The notes beneath the pieces are model-generated. The model ran no database searches. It was not told the DNA's origin and saw nothing but the letters and a program-made list of their open reading frames with translations. A DNA stretch of 55,724 bases, taken from contig JAILZF010000001.1 in the NCBI GenBank assembly GCA_023512635.1, positions 1 to 55,724 of the forward strand. Direction: 5' to 3'. Positions 1 through 9,333 of this stretch are shown piece by piece (position 1 is the first letter of the stretch; every line of letters starts with the position of its first letter). The position numbers were made by a program, and so were the translations under genes. Source of the DNA: Alicyclobacillus sp. (lineage in GTDB: Bacteria; Bacillota; Bacilli; Alicyclobacillales; Alicyclobacillaceae).

Positions 1-87
1 TGGGCCGCGCTGCGAGTGTGCGCAATCCTTGCCCTTTCCCATCATACTTGCCAACGCTCGGCTTGGCAACAGAGGATACGCGGATTT

Positions 88-1614
88 TTATTCAGCAGGT
101 CTACGGGTCTGTGTTGCACCACCCGCCGCAGCAGGGAACCACTGCCGGTACTGGGTGAGCAAATCGTGCACCATACCCAAGGCGGCGCGGTGCGCCTGGG
201 CTGAGGGCGCGTCAGCCACCAGTACGCAAAACGCTACCTGCGCCTGGGGATATGGAGCCACCCCAGCCACCCAGGCGTTGACGTGACCGTCGGCCAGCTC
301 TGCCGTCCCCGTCTTGACCGCCACCGGCACAGCCACATTCGCCAGCCGATGTGCAGTGCCGTGCGGGGAAACCACTGCCAGCCGCATCCCGGCCAGCAGG
401 TGAGCGGCCGTGGCTGCTGACACCGCCCGCTGGGGCCGGAGGTTGCGGTAATCGCGCAGCACCCGGCCGTGCAGCTCTGCGTCGCGGACGAGCTGCGCGT
501 CCCGTACCACCCCTCCTGCCGTCAGCGCCGAAACCAGACCAGCCACTTGCAACGGCGACATCCGCACGTCTTGCTGGCCGATGGCCGTGTTGGCTAGCAA
601 ACCCGCGTCAGCACCCGGCGTTGCAAACACCTTCCCGGCTTCCGCCTCTGCCAACACCTCCCGTCCGTCCACCTTTTGCAACCCTGTCTCTGTCAGACGC
701 CAGCGTTCTGCCGCCGTTTCCAGCCCTTGTCGGCCTAACATCCAACCCACACGGGCAAACGCCGCGTCGCACGACTGGGCCAGGGCCTCCAGCAGCGTCT
801 CGCGCCCGTGCACCGTCCAACAGCGCATGCGTACCCCAGGCACCTCGGCCATGCCCCGGCAAACGAGGGTGTCGTCTGCCGCTGCCCGGCCTGCGTCCCA
901 AGCCGCCCCTGCCGTCACCAACTTAAATACCGATCCCGGGGTAAACGTGCGTACGGCGTTGTTCCGCTCCGGGACGGCCTCATCGCAGCTGGCCATGGCC
1001 AACACCTCGTTGCTGGCGGTTGCGATCACCACCACGGCCCCCTCACGTACGCCGTAAGCCCGCAGCACACGGTTAGCCAATGCTTGCCAAGCGGGATCGA
1101 CCGTGGTGCGAACATCCGCGCCTGGCTGAGGGGGGAGGGTGTACAAGGGGGGTACTGAGACGGCCACCGGTGCCGGCGTCAGGGTACCCGTCACCCCTGG
1201 CTGACGGCTGCGCAACACCGCGTCAAACGTGCGCTCGAGCCCAGACCGTCCTTGCTCCGCCACAGCCAACTGCGGTTGCGGCCAGACGTCTGGCAGGCCT
1301 ACCCGGCCGAGGACCGGGTCCGCACGGCCCTCAGTTCGCTCGCTGTGTACCCCCAGCCGCCGGCCCCACACCAGCACCGGCCGCCACCGCCCGGACCAAG
1401 GCTGCCCCGAGCGGTACAACACACGGCCGCGGCCATCGTCTGTGGTCACCCCGTGCAGGTGCTCAAGCGCTGCCCGCGTGCGCAACCCGGGCCAGGAGCC
1501 AGAACCTCGCCATCCGTCCGGCATACAGGTGACCACCGCCAGACGCACTGTCAACAGGGCCAAACCTGCCATCCAGCAGCCAGCCAGCACAGCCGCCCGC
1601 CTCTGCAACCGCAC
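88..1614 (-). CDS. class B penicillin-binding protein (transpeptidase)
   Basis: 508-aa ORF with an N-terminal hydrophobic anchor, an SxxK motif (SVFK) and a KTG motif (KTGTAE). The drawn start is GTG; the true start is uncertain. Confidence 0.8.
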   Translation of the reverse strand: MRLQRRAAVLAGCWMAGLALLTVRLAVVTCMPDGWRGSGSWPGLRTRAALEHLHGVTTDDGRGRVLYRSGQPWSGRWRPVLVWGRRLGVHSERTEGRADPVLGRVGLPDVWPQPQLAVAEQGRSGLERTFDAVLRSRQPGVTGTLTPAPVAVSVPPLYTLPPQPGADVRTTVDPAWQALANRVLRAYGVREGAVVVIATASNEVLAMASCDEAVPERNNAVRTFTPGSVFKLVTAGAAWDAGRAAADDTLVCRGMAEVPGVRMRCWTVHGRETLLEALAQSCDAAFARVGWMLGRQGLETAAERWRLTETGLQKVDGREVLAEAEAGKVFATPGADAGLLANTAIGQQDVRMSPLQVAGLVSALTAGGVVRDAQLVRDAELHGRVLRDYRNLRPQRAVSAATAAHLLAGMRLAVVSPHGTAHRLANVAVPVAVKTGTAELADGHVNAWVAGVAPYPQAQVAFCVLVADAPSAQAHRAALGMVHDLLTQYRQWFPAAAGGATQTRRPAE

Positions 1615-1723
1615 AGCCTCCTCTGCATCCCAGCGCCGGGGAACTCCGCATCTCGTCTAGGCTCCCCAGCCATTCCATCCGTTATACATGCCAGGCCAGG
1701 CAACCTATCCTGGGCCCCGCGGT

Positions 1724-2833
1724 TCAATTCGCCCGAGCTGACTGGCTGTGCGCTTTCAGGTTTGCTGCGCTCAACGCTTCGTTGTGGAGCTGCTCAGCGT
1801 ACGTCTGCGCAAAGTAGTGCTCTCCGCTGCCGTCGTTTTTCACGACATAGTACAGATAAGGGGTGTGCGCGGGGTGCAACGCGGCAAGAATGGACGGAAT
1901 CCCCGGGCTGGCGATGGGCCCGGGCGGCAACCCGAAGTGCAGGTATGTGTTGTACGGGTCTTGCACTTGAAGGTCTTTTAGTGTGAGGACGTCCCGGTGG
2001 CCCAGGACGTACTCGACCGTTGCGTCTATTTGCAACTTCATCGGCGGCTGATGGTTCAACCGGTTTTCGATCACGCTGGCAATCAACGGCCGCTCTGCGT
2101 CCACCCGCGCCTCCCGCTCAATCATCGAGGCTTCCGTGACCACGTCGTACAAAGTACGCCCCTCCGCCTTGGCCACTGCACCGTAAGGCTGATCGACGTT
2201 GCGTTCAAACGCTTGCAGCATCTCGTCAACCACCGCATGCGCCGGGGTATGGGGGTTAAACCGGTACGTATCAGGATATAAAAACCCTTCCAGCCGGTAC
2301 TTCACTTGCGCATGTTGCGGCAGTTGTTGCACGATGGTTTCCGTAAACTCACCGTGCTGAACCTCGTCCAAAAACGCCTGGCGGCTGCAAATCCCGGCAG
2401 CCGCCAGGCGATCCGCGATTTGTTCGACCGTGTAGCCCTCTGGAATCGTGACCCATGCCGAGCGGTCCAACGCTTTCCCCGAGACGAGCAGGGCCAACAG
2501 CTCGGGCACACTCTGGCCACGTGGCACGTCGTACGTCCCTGCTTGCACTCGCCCAGCTTGCCCGGTGATGACCACGTACAGTTGAAACGCCCATGCGCTG
2601 CGCACCAATCCGTGCGCTTGCAAGGTTTGAGCCACTTCGCGGACGCTGTCTCCGCGCGGCAGCGTAACCTGGACACTACCCGTCCCCGGCAGCGGTGCCA
2701 GCGCCCAAGCGCAAACGCCTGCTACAGCCGCCGTAAACAAGACGGCGGCGCCCAGCACCGCCCCTGCCCAGCGAATCCACGCCCTTCGCCGGCCAGGTGC
2801 GCTGCCCGCGCCCTGTGTTCGTTCTCCAGACAC
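1724..2833 (-). CDS. mltG: endolytic murein transglycosylase MltG (YceG-like)
   Basis: TM anchor followed by a YceG-like domain (...YLYYVVKNDGSGEHYFAQTYAEQLHN). The start was trimmed to the GTG at 2833, just downstream of the ruvX stop; the ORF track extends to 2941. The B. subtilis-like order ruvX-mltG supports the call. Confidence 0.8.
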   Translation of the reverse strand: MSGERTQGAGSAPGRRRAWIRWAGAVLGAAVLFTAAVAGVCAWALAPLPGTGSVQVTLPRGDSVREVAQTLQAHGLVRSAWAFQLYVVITGQAGRVQAGTYDVPRGQSVPELLALLVSGKALDRSAWVTIPEGYTVEQIADRLAAAGICSRQAFLDEVQHGEFTETIVQQLPQHAQVKYRLEGFLYPDTYRFNPHTPAHAVVDEMLQAFERNVDQPYGAVAKAEGRTLYDVVTEASMIEREARVDAERPLIASVIENRLNHQPPMKLQIDATVEYVLGHRDVLTLKDLQVQDPYNTYLHFGLPPGPIASPGIPSILAALHPAHTPYLYYVVKNDGSGEHYFAQTYAEQLHNEALSAANLKAHSQSARAN

Positions 2834-2840
2834 CCCTGTG

Positions 2841-3272
2841 TCATCCCCGTTTCTCTGCCTGCGCCCGCTTCCAGTCGAGATACCCTTGCAACAGCACCGC
2901 CGCCGCCACCGCGTCTTCCACCGCACGCCGGCGCTTGCCAAAGACCTGGGCGTCCTGCAACAGGCGCTGTGCCGCCAAGGTGGTCAGGCGCTCGTCGCGC
3001 AAGACCACCGGCACCCCGGTGCGCTCTGCTAGTAACCTGGCAAACGCCTGGCTGCGTTGCGCCTGGACGCCGGCGCTGCCATCCATGTTGCGCGGGTAGC
3101 CTACCACCACTTCGGATACGCCTTCGCGCGCGATCACCGCGGCTACCTCGGCCACCGCCTGTTCGTCACTCTGCCGCCGCAACACCGTCAGGGCGTGTGC
3201 CAACAGCCCCGTCTCGTCGCTGACAGCCAGGCCAATGCGTGCCCCGCCATAATCGACACCGAGTACCTTCAT
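2841..3272 (-). CDS. ruvX: Holliday-junction resolvase-like nuclease RuvX (YqgF)
   Basis: N-terminus MKVLGVDYGGARIGLAVSD is typical of YqgF/RuvX. Length is 143 aa. Confidence 0.9.
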   Translation of the reverse strand: MKVLGVDYGGARIGLAVSDETGLLAHALTVLRRQSDEQAVAEVAAVIAREGVSEVVVGYPRNMDGSAGVQAQRSQAFARLLAERTGVPVVLRDERLTTLAAQRLLQDAQVFGKRRRAVEDAVAAAVLLQGYLDWKRAQAEKRG

Positions 3273-3284
3273 CTCACCGTCCGC

Positions 3285-3560
3285 TCAAGCGTGCCCGTTG
3301 TCCGCGTGTCGCTCGGCGTAAGCGCGGACGAGCTCTTCAATTAATTCATCGCGCTCAATCTGGCGAATGGTGTTGCGCGCGTCCAAGTGGTTGGTGATGT
3401 ACGCAGGGTCCCCGGAGATCAGATATCCGGCAATCTGGTACACCGGGTTGTATCCTTTCTCCGACAAGGCCCGATACGCGAGCTGAAACGCTTTGCGCGC
3501 GCGCTCGTTCTCCTGCCTGGGCGCGAAGCGCATGGTCTGGTCGAACTCCAAGCTAGGCAC
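3285..3560 (-). CDS. UPF0297 / IreB-family small regulatory protein (YrzL-like)
   Basis: 91 aa with [45 protein letters not shown], characteristic of UPF0297. It lies between alaS and ruvX as in Bacillus. GTG start is preceded by GGAG. Confidence 0.85.
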   Translation of the reverse strand: MPSLEFDQTMRFAPRQENERARKAFQLAYRALSEKGYNPVYQIAGYLISGDPAYITNHLDARNTIRQIERDELIEELVRAYAERHADNGHA

Positions 3561-3643
3561 CTCGCTCCGCTCGACTTCGGCACGTACCGCAGGATCCAGA
3601 GCCTCCGCAGCCGTGCTTTACCTGTTCATTCGCTGAGACCCGC

Positions 3644-6277
3644 TCATTCTCCTGCGGCCGCACGGACAAATTCCGCCACCTTTTGCAGAGCAGCCGGCAG
3701 CTTGGCAGGGTCTTTGCCGCCCGCCTGCGCCAGGTCCGGCCGGCCCCCGCCACTGCCGCCTGCCAGCTGGGCAACCTGTTTGACCAATTGACCCGCGTGC
3801 AGTTTGCGCGCTTGCAAGTCTTTCGATACGGCCGCCACCAGAACCACCCGGTCGCCTTCGCTGCTGCCCAAGACAATGACGTGTGAAGGCAGCAGCGTGC
3901 GCAACTCGTCAATCGTCCGGCGCAGGCCGTCAGCGTCTTGCCCTGGGACCACTGCTGCCACCACCGGCACACCGCAGACCTGCTCTGCCTGGCTGGCCAG
4001 GTCAGCCGCCAGGTTGCGCTGTAACCGCGCCCGGGCGGCTGCCAACTCACGCTCCAGTTGGCGCAACTCTTCGACCGTCCGCTCCGCCCGTGCTAACACC
4101 TCGCCCGCCGGCGCCTTCAACACCTGCGCCACTTGCTGCAACAACGCCTCGCGGGCGCGCACATGGGCGTACGCCCAGCGCCCCGTCACCGCCTCAATCC
4201 GCCGCACGCCCGCGCCGATGCCGGTTTCGCTGACAATCTGGAAGAGGCCAATCACCCCCGTACGCTCGACGTGGCAACCGCCGCATAACTCGATGCTGTA
4301 GTCGCCCGCCTTGACCACACGCACCCTCTGCCCGTACTTTTCGCCAAACAGCGCCATGGCACCCATGGCCTTGGCTTGATCTAGGTCTGTTTCGAAGATC
4401 TCGACGGGCTCATCACGCCAGATGGCGTCGTTGACACGCCGCTCCACCTCTGCCAGCTCCTCGGCAGACAGCGGACCAAAGTGTGAGAAGTCAAAGCGCA
4501 ACCGCTGGTCGGCCACGAGCGATCCCGCTTGGGCCACGTGCTGGCCCAGTACTTCGCGCAAGGCTTTGTGCAACAAGTGGGTGGCGGTGTGGTTCTTGAT
4601 GATGTCCCGCCGCCAAGCCGAGCTGACCTGCGCCTGCACCTCATCCCCGCGCCGCAGAACGCCGCGGCGTACGCGCACGCGGTGCAACGGCTGGCCGTGT
4701 GGCGCCTTTTTGACGTCCAAGACTTCAACCTCGGCCGACGCACTCTGCAGGTGACCGCGGTCTCCTAACTGGCCGCCGCTCTCCGCGTAAAACGGTGTGA
4801 CGTCGAGCAACACCTCACCTTCCTCACCTGCTGCGAGTTGCTCGACCGCCGTGTTGCCGCGCACCAACGCGGTGACGTGCGCCGCAGCCTGAAGCTGCGT
4901 GTAGCCGACAAACCGGCTTTCTACGGTCAGCGTCTCGAGCACGCCGCGGTCCGCATTCATCCCTTCTGGCGTCTGCCGCGCTGCGCGCGCGCGTTCGCGC
5001 TGCGCCGCCAGTTCCTGTTCAAAACCCGCCCGGTCAACCTCCAAGCCGTGCTCGCGCGCCGTCTCCTCCGTCAAATCGAGAGGAAAACCAAACGTGTCAT
5101 ACAGGCGAAAAGCGTCCGCCCCCGGCAAGACGGTCTCACCGCGTTGCCGCAGCTGCTCGATGATGTCTGCCAGCAACGCCTCTCCTTCCGCCAGCGTCTC
5201 GTGGAACCGCTCTTCTTCCGTCCGCACCACACGCTGAATAAACTCCAGCTTCTCCCGCACCTCCGGGTACTCTTCCCCCATCACCTCGGCCACGACCGGC
5301 GCGAGCTCAAACAGGAAAGGCCGTTCCATGCCCAGCCGCCGGCCACTGCGGACCGCCCGGCGCAGCAGGCGGCGGATGATGTAGCTGCGCCCTTCGTTGC
5401 CTGGCAGGACCCCGTCGCTCACGCCAAAGACCACCGTGCGCAGATGGTCCGCGATGATTTTAAAGTGCACGTCGCGCTGCTTGTCCGCCCCATAAGGGAC
5501 ACCCGCCAATTGTGCCGTCGCTGCTAGCAGTGGGCGGAACAGGTCGGTTTCAAAGTTGTTCGGGACGTCTTGCAAAACCGAAGCGATGCGCTCCAACCCC
5601 ATGCCCGTGTCAATGTTCTTTTTCGGCAAGGGGGTGTAAGACCCGTCCGCTTCCTTGTTGTACTGAGTGAACACCAGGTTCCAAATTTCCAGGAAGCGGT
5701 CACAGTCGCAACCCGGGCCGCAGTCGGGCGCGCCGCAGCCATACGGCTCGCCGCGGTCATAGTAAATCTCCGAGCAGGGACCACACGGGCCTTCACCAAT
5801 CTCCCAGAAGTTGTCCTCGTCGCCCAGGACGATATGATCCCGCGGCAGACCCACGTCCTCGTGCCAGATACGCAAGGCTTCCTCGTCCTCACGGTGAACG
5901 GTCGCATACAAGCGCGCCGGTTCCAATGCCAGCGTCTGCGTTAAAAACTCCCAAGCCCAGCGGATGGCCTCTGCTTTAAAGTAGTCGCCAAACGAGAAAT
6001 TGCCCAGCATCTCAAACATCGTCTGGTGGCGGGCCGTGTAGCCAACGTTTTCAATGTCGTTGGTCCGGATGCACTTTTGCACGCTGACAATCCGCGGTTT
6101 TTCCGGGATTTCACGGCCGTCAAAGTACGGTTTAAGGGGGGCCATGCCCGCGTTGATCCACAGCAACGTCGGGTCGTCATGCGGAACCAGGCTGGCACTG
6201 GGAAACACCAAGTGACCGCGTTCCGCAAAAAACTGTTTGTAGGCGTTGCGAATCTGTTGAGCTGTCATGCGTTTCAT
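3644..6277 (-). CDS. alaS: alanine--tRNA ligase
   Basis: Full-length AlaRS-like sequence (FFAERGH..., FSFGDYFK, editing-domain HTATHLLH, C-terminal DHHA1-like region). The start was trimmed to ATG 6277 (MKRMTAQQIR), because the region upstream is a T-box leader. Confidence 0.95.
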   Translation of the reverse strand: MKRMTAQQIRNAYKQFFAERGHLVFPSASLVPHDDPTLLWINAGMAPLKPYFDGREIPEKPRIVSVQKCIRTNDIENVGYTARHQTMFEMLGNFSFGDYFKAEAIRWAWEFLTQTLALEPARLYATVHREDEEALRIWHEDVGLPRDHIVLGDEDNFWEIGEGPCGPCSEIYYDRGEPYGCGAPDCGPGCDCDRFLEIWNLVFTQYNKEADGSYTPLPKKNIDTGMGLERIASVLQDVPNNFETDLFRPLLAATAQLAGVPYGADKQRDVHFKIIADHLRTVVFGVSDGVLPGNEGRSYIIRRLLRRAVRSGRRLGMERPFLFELAPVVAEVMGEEYPEVREKLEFIQRVVRTEEERFHETLAEGEALLADIIEQLRQRGETVLPGADAFRLYDTFGFPLDLTEETAREHGLEVDRAGFEQELAAQRERARAARQTPEGMNADRGVLETLTVESRFVGYTQLQAAAHVTALVRGNTAVEQLAAGEEGEVLLDVTPFYAESGGQLGDRGHLQSASAEVEVLDVKKAPHGQPLHRVRVRRGVLRRGDEVQAQVSSAWRRDIIKNHTATHLLHKALREVLGQHVAQAGSLVADQRLRFDFSHFGPLSAEELAEVERRVNDAIWRDEPVEIFETDLDQAKAMGAMALFGEKYGQRVRVVKAGDYSIELCGGCHVERTGVIGLFQIVSETGIGAGVRRIEAVTGRWAYAHVRAREALLQQVAQVLKAPAGEVLARAERTVEELRQLERELAAARARLQRNLAADLASQAEQVCGVPVVAAVVPGQDADGLRRTIDELRTLLPSHVIVLGSSEGDRVVLVAAVSKDLQARKLHAGQLVKQVAQLAGGSGGGRPDLAQAGGKDPAKLPAALQKVAEFVRAAAGE

Positions 6278-6289
6278 ACGCTCACTCCT

Positions 6290-6566
6290 GTACCCACGGT
6301 CAAGCGCCAAAACGCCTCTCATCCCAACAGGGACGAGAGGCGCTCTCGCGGTACCACCCTGATTACAGCCCTGCCGCCGCCCATCCGCAGCGGCGGGCGG
6401 TGCTGTCACTTTTGTTCGCGGTAACGGGCGAAACCCGGCGGCTGGACGCACTTGAGGATGGCTTCAGCACGCGGAACTGGAACACCTTGCAGCCAATGGG
6501 CGTCCTCTCTGGCACAGTTCGCTGCGGCCTACTCGTTCCTCGCATCGCTTTAGCAAACCTGATTGC
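6290..6566 (-). promoter_or_regulatory. T-box riboswitch leader (Ala specifier) of alaS
   Basis: Read on the minus strand:
- Stem I start GCGATGCGAGGAACGAGTAGG, and a CCAGAGAGG element.
- Putative specifier GAA-GCC-A, with GCC at 6460-6462.
- T-box sequence AATCAGGGTGGTACCGCGAGAGCG (6341-6364). Its UGGU matches the A73 discriminator of tRNA-Ala.
- Terminator CGCCTCTC-N14-GAGAGGCG followed by TTTT (6309-6342). Confidence 0.85.
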
Positions 6567-6573
6567 GGCTACG

Positions 6574-6602
6574 ATTTTACAAGAATCCCCTGATGAAGTC
6601 AA
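6574..6602 (-). promoter_or_regulatory. sigma-A type promoter for the alaS leader
   Basis: Minus strand shows TTGACT (6597-6602), a 17-nt spacer and TAAAAT (6574-6579), directly upstream of the T-box Stem I. Confidence 0.6.
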
Positions 6603-6685
6603 TGGACCACAGGCCGCAGGTCCTCCGCCGGCCAAGGACATCCGAACACGGCCTTGTCTCCTCAGAGGCCACAGTACGCGTGGGA

Positions 6686-7777
6686 TTACAGGCCTGCGGG
6701 ACCACCGTGGCGCCGGCTGCGCACCTGCGTATAGACCACTTTGCCAACGGCCAATACCGGAACGGCACAGACCAGTCCCAGCACCCCCGCCAGTTCACCG
6801 CCAATCAACACGGCAGCCACAATCGCCAGCGGGTGCAGGTGCAAGGTCCGGCCCATGATCTGCGGCTGAATCAGGTTGCCTTCCAGCTGTTGCACCACCA
6901 AGTTGACCAGCAAGGTTTGAATGGCCAACTTCGGACTGACAGAGAGGGCCAGCAAGACGGCGGGGGCAGCGCCCAGAAAGGGACCAAGGTACGGAATGAT
7001 GTCCATAATGGCCAGGAACAACGCGAGCAACAGGGCGTATGGAACACCTACCACCAGGTACCCGGCGTACGTCAACACCCCCACCGACAGCATCACCAGC
7101 AGCTGGCCGCGCACATAACTACCAAGTGTCGCGTCTACACCCACCATGATGTCTCGTGCTTCTTGGCGGTAAGCTGGCGGGATGAGATGCAACACCGCCC
7201 GGCCTAAGGCCTTGCCGTCCTTGAGCATGTAAAACACCAAAAACGGCACGACGAACGCCACAAACACCGCGCTGACGGTTCCTGACAACCCGGCCACGGC
7301 CTGTGCCGCCGCCGCGGTCAAACGCTGTTCCGCCTGTGCCAGTGCCGCTTCAATGCCACGCCGTACTGCATCTGGCAGGTACTGTCGTCTTTGAACCAAG
7401 CCGTCGAGCCATTGGTCAGCCTGCTGAATCAGTTCCGGGAGGTGCTGAGCCAGTTGCGACAACTGCCTGGAGACCACCGGGATCGCCTGCAGAATGGCCA
7501 CCGCTGCCAGCACGGCAAACGTCAAATAGATGATGAGAATGGCTGGCCCGCGCGGTACCCGGCGGCGAACCAACAACTCGACCACCGGTTGCAGCAGGTA
7601 TGTCACCACCATGGCCGCCAGAAACGGTAAGACCACCACTTTCAAGACCGACCAGATGTCGTACAGGAAATCACGCAGCTGTGCAACCAGGTACAGACAC
7701 AGCAGCGTGGCCAAGACCGACAACACCGCTCGCTGATAGCGGCTCCCCCACCCCACGCGGCTCCCTCCCTGTTGCAC
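6686..7777 (-). CDS. AI-2E family transporter (PerM/YrrI-like, UPF0118)
   Basis: Polytopic membrane protein whose C-terminal region (DIIPYLGPFLGAAPAVLLAL...) is typical of the AI-2E family. It sits next to alaS as in Bacillus. An alternative GTG start at 7756 has a GGGAGGGAG RBS. Confidence 0.75.
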   Translation of the reverse strand: MQQGGSRVGWGSRYQRAVLSVLATLLCLYLVAQLRDFLYDIWSVLKVVVLPFLAAMVVTYLLQPVVELLVRRRVPRGPAILIIYLTFAVLAAVAILQAIPVVSRQLSQLAQHLPELIQQADQWLDGLVQRRQYLPDAVRRGIEAALAQAEQRLTAAAAQAVAGLSGTVSAVFVAFVVPFLVFYMLKDGKALGRAVLHLIPPAYRQEARDIMVGVDATLGSYVRGQLLVMLSVGVLTYAGYLVVGVPYALLLALFLAIMDIIPYLGPFLGAAPAVLLALSVSPKLAIQTLLVNLVVQQLEGNLIQPQIMGRTLHLHPLAIVAAVLIGGELAGVLGLVCAVPVLAVGKVVYTQVRSRRHGGPAGL

Positions 7778-7928
7778 CCAGCGGTTCGCCCAGCCTGTCC
7801 GGTCTTATCCAGTATACGCAGCCGGCCCGCCGTGCATGATCCGCACCCTGGTCGTCTCCAGCCACCCGGCAAGAGCATGCGTGAAGCGGGCTTGGCGGCA
7901 GCACTTGCAAACCCCAGGGGCTGACTGT

Positions 7929-7958
7929 TTGCGTGCGTCCACGCGTTTTCTTTATACT
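7929..7958 (+). promoter_or_regulatory. candidate sigma-A promoter of the crcB pair
   Basis: TTGCGT (7929-7934), an 18-nt spacer and TATACT (7953-7958), about 30 nt upstream of the crcB GTG. The same bases can also fold as GCGTG-cgtc-CACGC followed by a T-run, so the interpretation is ambiguous. Confidence 0.4.
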
Positions 7959-7989
7959 GGTGCTCGAGTGCGGAAGGACGAGCAGAGAG

Positions 7990-8376
7990 GTGGAAGCCGT
8001 GGCATACCTGGCGGTGGCCTTGGGCGGTTGTCTGGGGGCCTTGGCGCGTTGGGGGATTAGCGAAAGCCTGGGGACGTGGGGAGGTTTCCCGTGGGCCACC
8101 TGGTTGATCAACCTGTCGGGCAGTTTTTTTCTGGCGTGGTTTTACACCATCACGCTGGAGCGATTCCCGTTGCACCCGCTACTGCGGCTGGGCGTGGGCA
8201 CCGGATTTGTCGGGGCTTACACGACTTTTTCCACCCTGACTGTCGACGTGTGGAACCTGGTGCAGGCGCACCTGTATGGGATGGCGTTGGCGTACGTGGG
8301 CCTGTCTTTGGCAGGCGGCCTGGCTTGCGCCGCAGCCGGTTACGGACTCGCCCGACGGCAGACGCGACTGAGCTAA
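7990..8376 (+). CDS. crcB: fluoride channel CrcB (paralog 1)
   Basis: Four-TM small protein with the GTGFVGAYTTFSTL signature. The start was trimmed to the GTG at 7990. Confidence 0.85.
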   Translation: MEAVAYLAVALGGCLGALARWGISESLGTWGGFPWATWLINLSGSFFLAWFYTITLERFPLHPLLRLGVGTGFVGAYTTFSTLTVDVWNLVQAHLYGMALAYVGLSLAGGLACAAAGYGLARRQTRLS

Positions 8377-8402
8377 CCCGGTACAAAGCAGGGGGATAGA
8401 CG

Positions 8403-8765
8403 ATGCTCTATGTAGGGCTGGGCGGGGTGTTGGGGGCCTTGCTACGCTATCAAATCTCGCAGTGGATGAGTCGGGTGACCCGTGGCCCCCTGCCCCTAGC
8501 CACCCTGGTCATCAACGTGACAGGCTCGTTCTTGCTCGGTTTGTTGACCCGCCACGCTGGTTTGTGGTTTGCGGACCGCGCCAACGCCGCTATGCTCCTG
8601 CTTGGCACCGGGTTGTGCGGCGCCTATACCACGTTCTCCACCTTTTCCTATGAAGCACTCATGTTGCTCCGCGAGCGGCGGTTGGCTACCGCTGCGGTCT
8701 ACATCGCGGGTTCGGCTGTGTTCGGCCTGGCTGCCGCCGGCATTGGCCTGCACGGCATCCCTTAA
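8403..8765 (+). CDS. crcB: fluoride channel CrcB (paralog 2)
   Basis: 120 aa with GTGLCGAYTTFSTFS. The tandem crcB pair is typical of Firmicutes (heterodimeric Fluc). Confidence 0.9.
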   Translation: MLYVGLGGVLGALLRYQISQWMSRVTRGPLPLATLVINVTGSFLLGLLTRHAGLWFADRANAAMLLLGTGLCGAYTTFSTFSYEALMLLRERRLATAAVYIAGSAVFGLAAAGIGLHGIP

Positions 8766-8798
8766 CCCTCGCCACCACGGCAACATGCAGCAACCGGG

Positions 8799-8984
8799 TT
8801 ACACCGTGCCCAATTCGAGGGAATCTGGCAGCAGCTCCACCGCTACCAAAGAACCATCCTCTGCCACCTCGTACAGGCGGACATCGTCGCCCGAGACGCT
8901 AAACTCCATAAAGCAACCCCAGCAATAGTACTGATTGGCTCCAATTTTGCCGACGTCCCGGCAATGGCAGTGTGGACAACGCAT
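8799..8984 (-). CDS. small zinc-ribbon protein (CxxC...CxxC), function unknown
   Basis: MRCPHCHCRDVGKIGANQYYCWGCFMEF... starts at ATG 8984, preceded by AAAGGAG with an 8-nt spacer. The ORF track extends to 9029. Confidence 0.5.
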   Translation of the reverse strand: MRCPHCHCRDVGKIGANQYYCWGCFMEFSVSGDDVRLYEVAEDGSLVAVELLPDSLELGTV

Positions 8985-9201
8985 GGTCGGGTCTCCTTTG
9001 TCCGGAGCTGTCCGCTCACCCGCACGCACTCACGACGACGGAACGCAGGCGCACGAACACGTCCGGTGGATTCTGGAATCATGTTCTAGCCTAACCAGCC
9101 AACGCAAGGGATAAACGAGCTGCTCTTCATGGTTTCTCAAGGCAACCGTGTTCCTCTTGGCAGCGGCAAGACCACCTCGCTGGGCAGCCTAGCAACAACC
9201 G

Positions 9202-9230
9202 AAAAAAAGAAGCCTGCCCTCGGGACAAGC
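9202..9230 (-). terminator. intrinsic terminator downstream of iscS
   Basis: Minus strand GCTTGTCC-cga-GGGCAGGC forms an 8-bp stem including G-U pairs, followed by TTCTTTTTTT. Confidence 0.6.
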
Positions 9231-9333
9231 CCATGGTAGTCGATCTGATGCTGGGGTGCAATGAAATTTATGGGAATCCGACAAGGTTTCCCGCTTTTAG
9301 ACAAAACCCGACTGTGACATCTTTGTGAAGCCC

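Noticed and set aside
7840-7990. Fluoride (crcB-motif) riboswitch upstream of the tandem crcB genes. It is expected from established knowledge, and the sequence contains AAACCCCAGGGGCTGA followed by a hairpin plus T-run.
   Set aside because: The conserved GGCGAUGG...CGCC helix and the CUGAUGAU...CCU pseudoknot partner cannot be found by eye. The supposed P3 would have a loop of only 1-3 nt. The hairpin and T-run overlap a good sigma-A promoter (TTGCGT-18-TATACT), which explains the sequence better. A cmscan with RF01734 would settle it.
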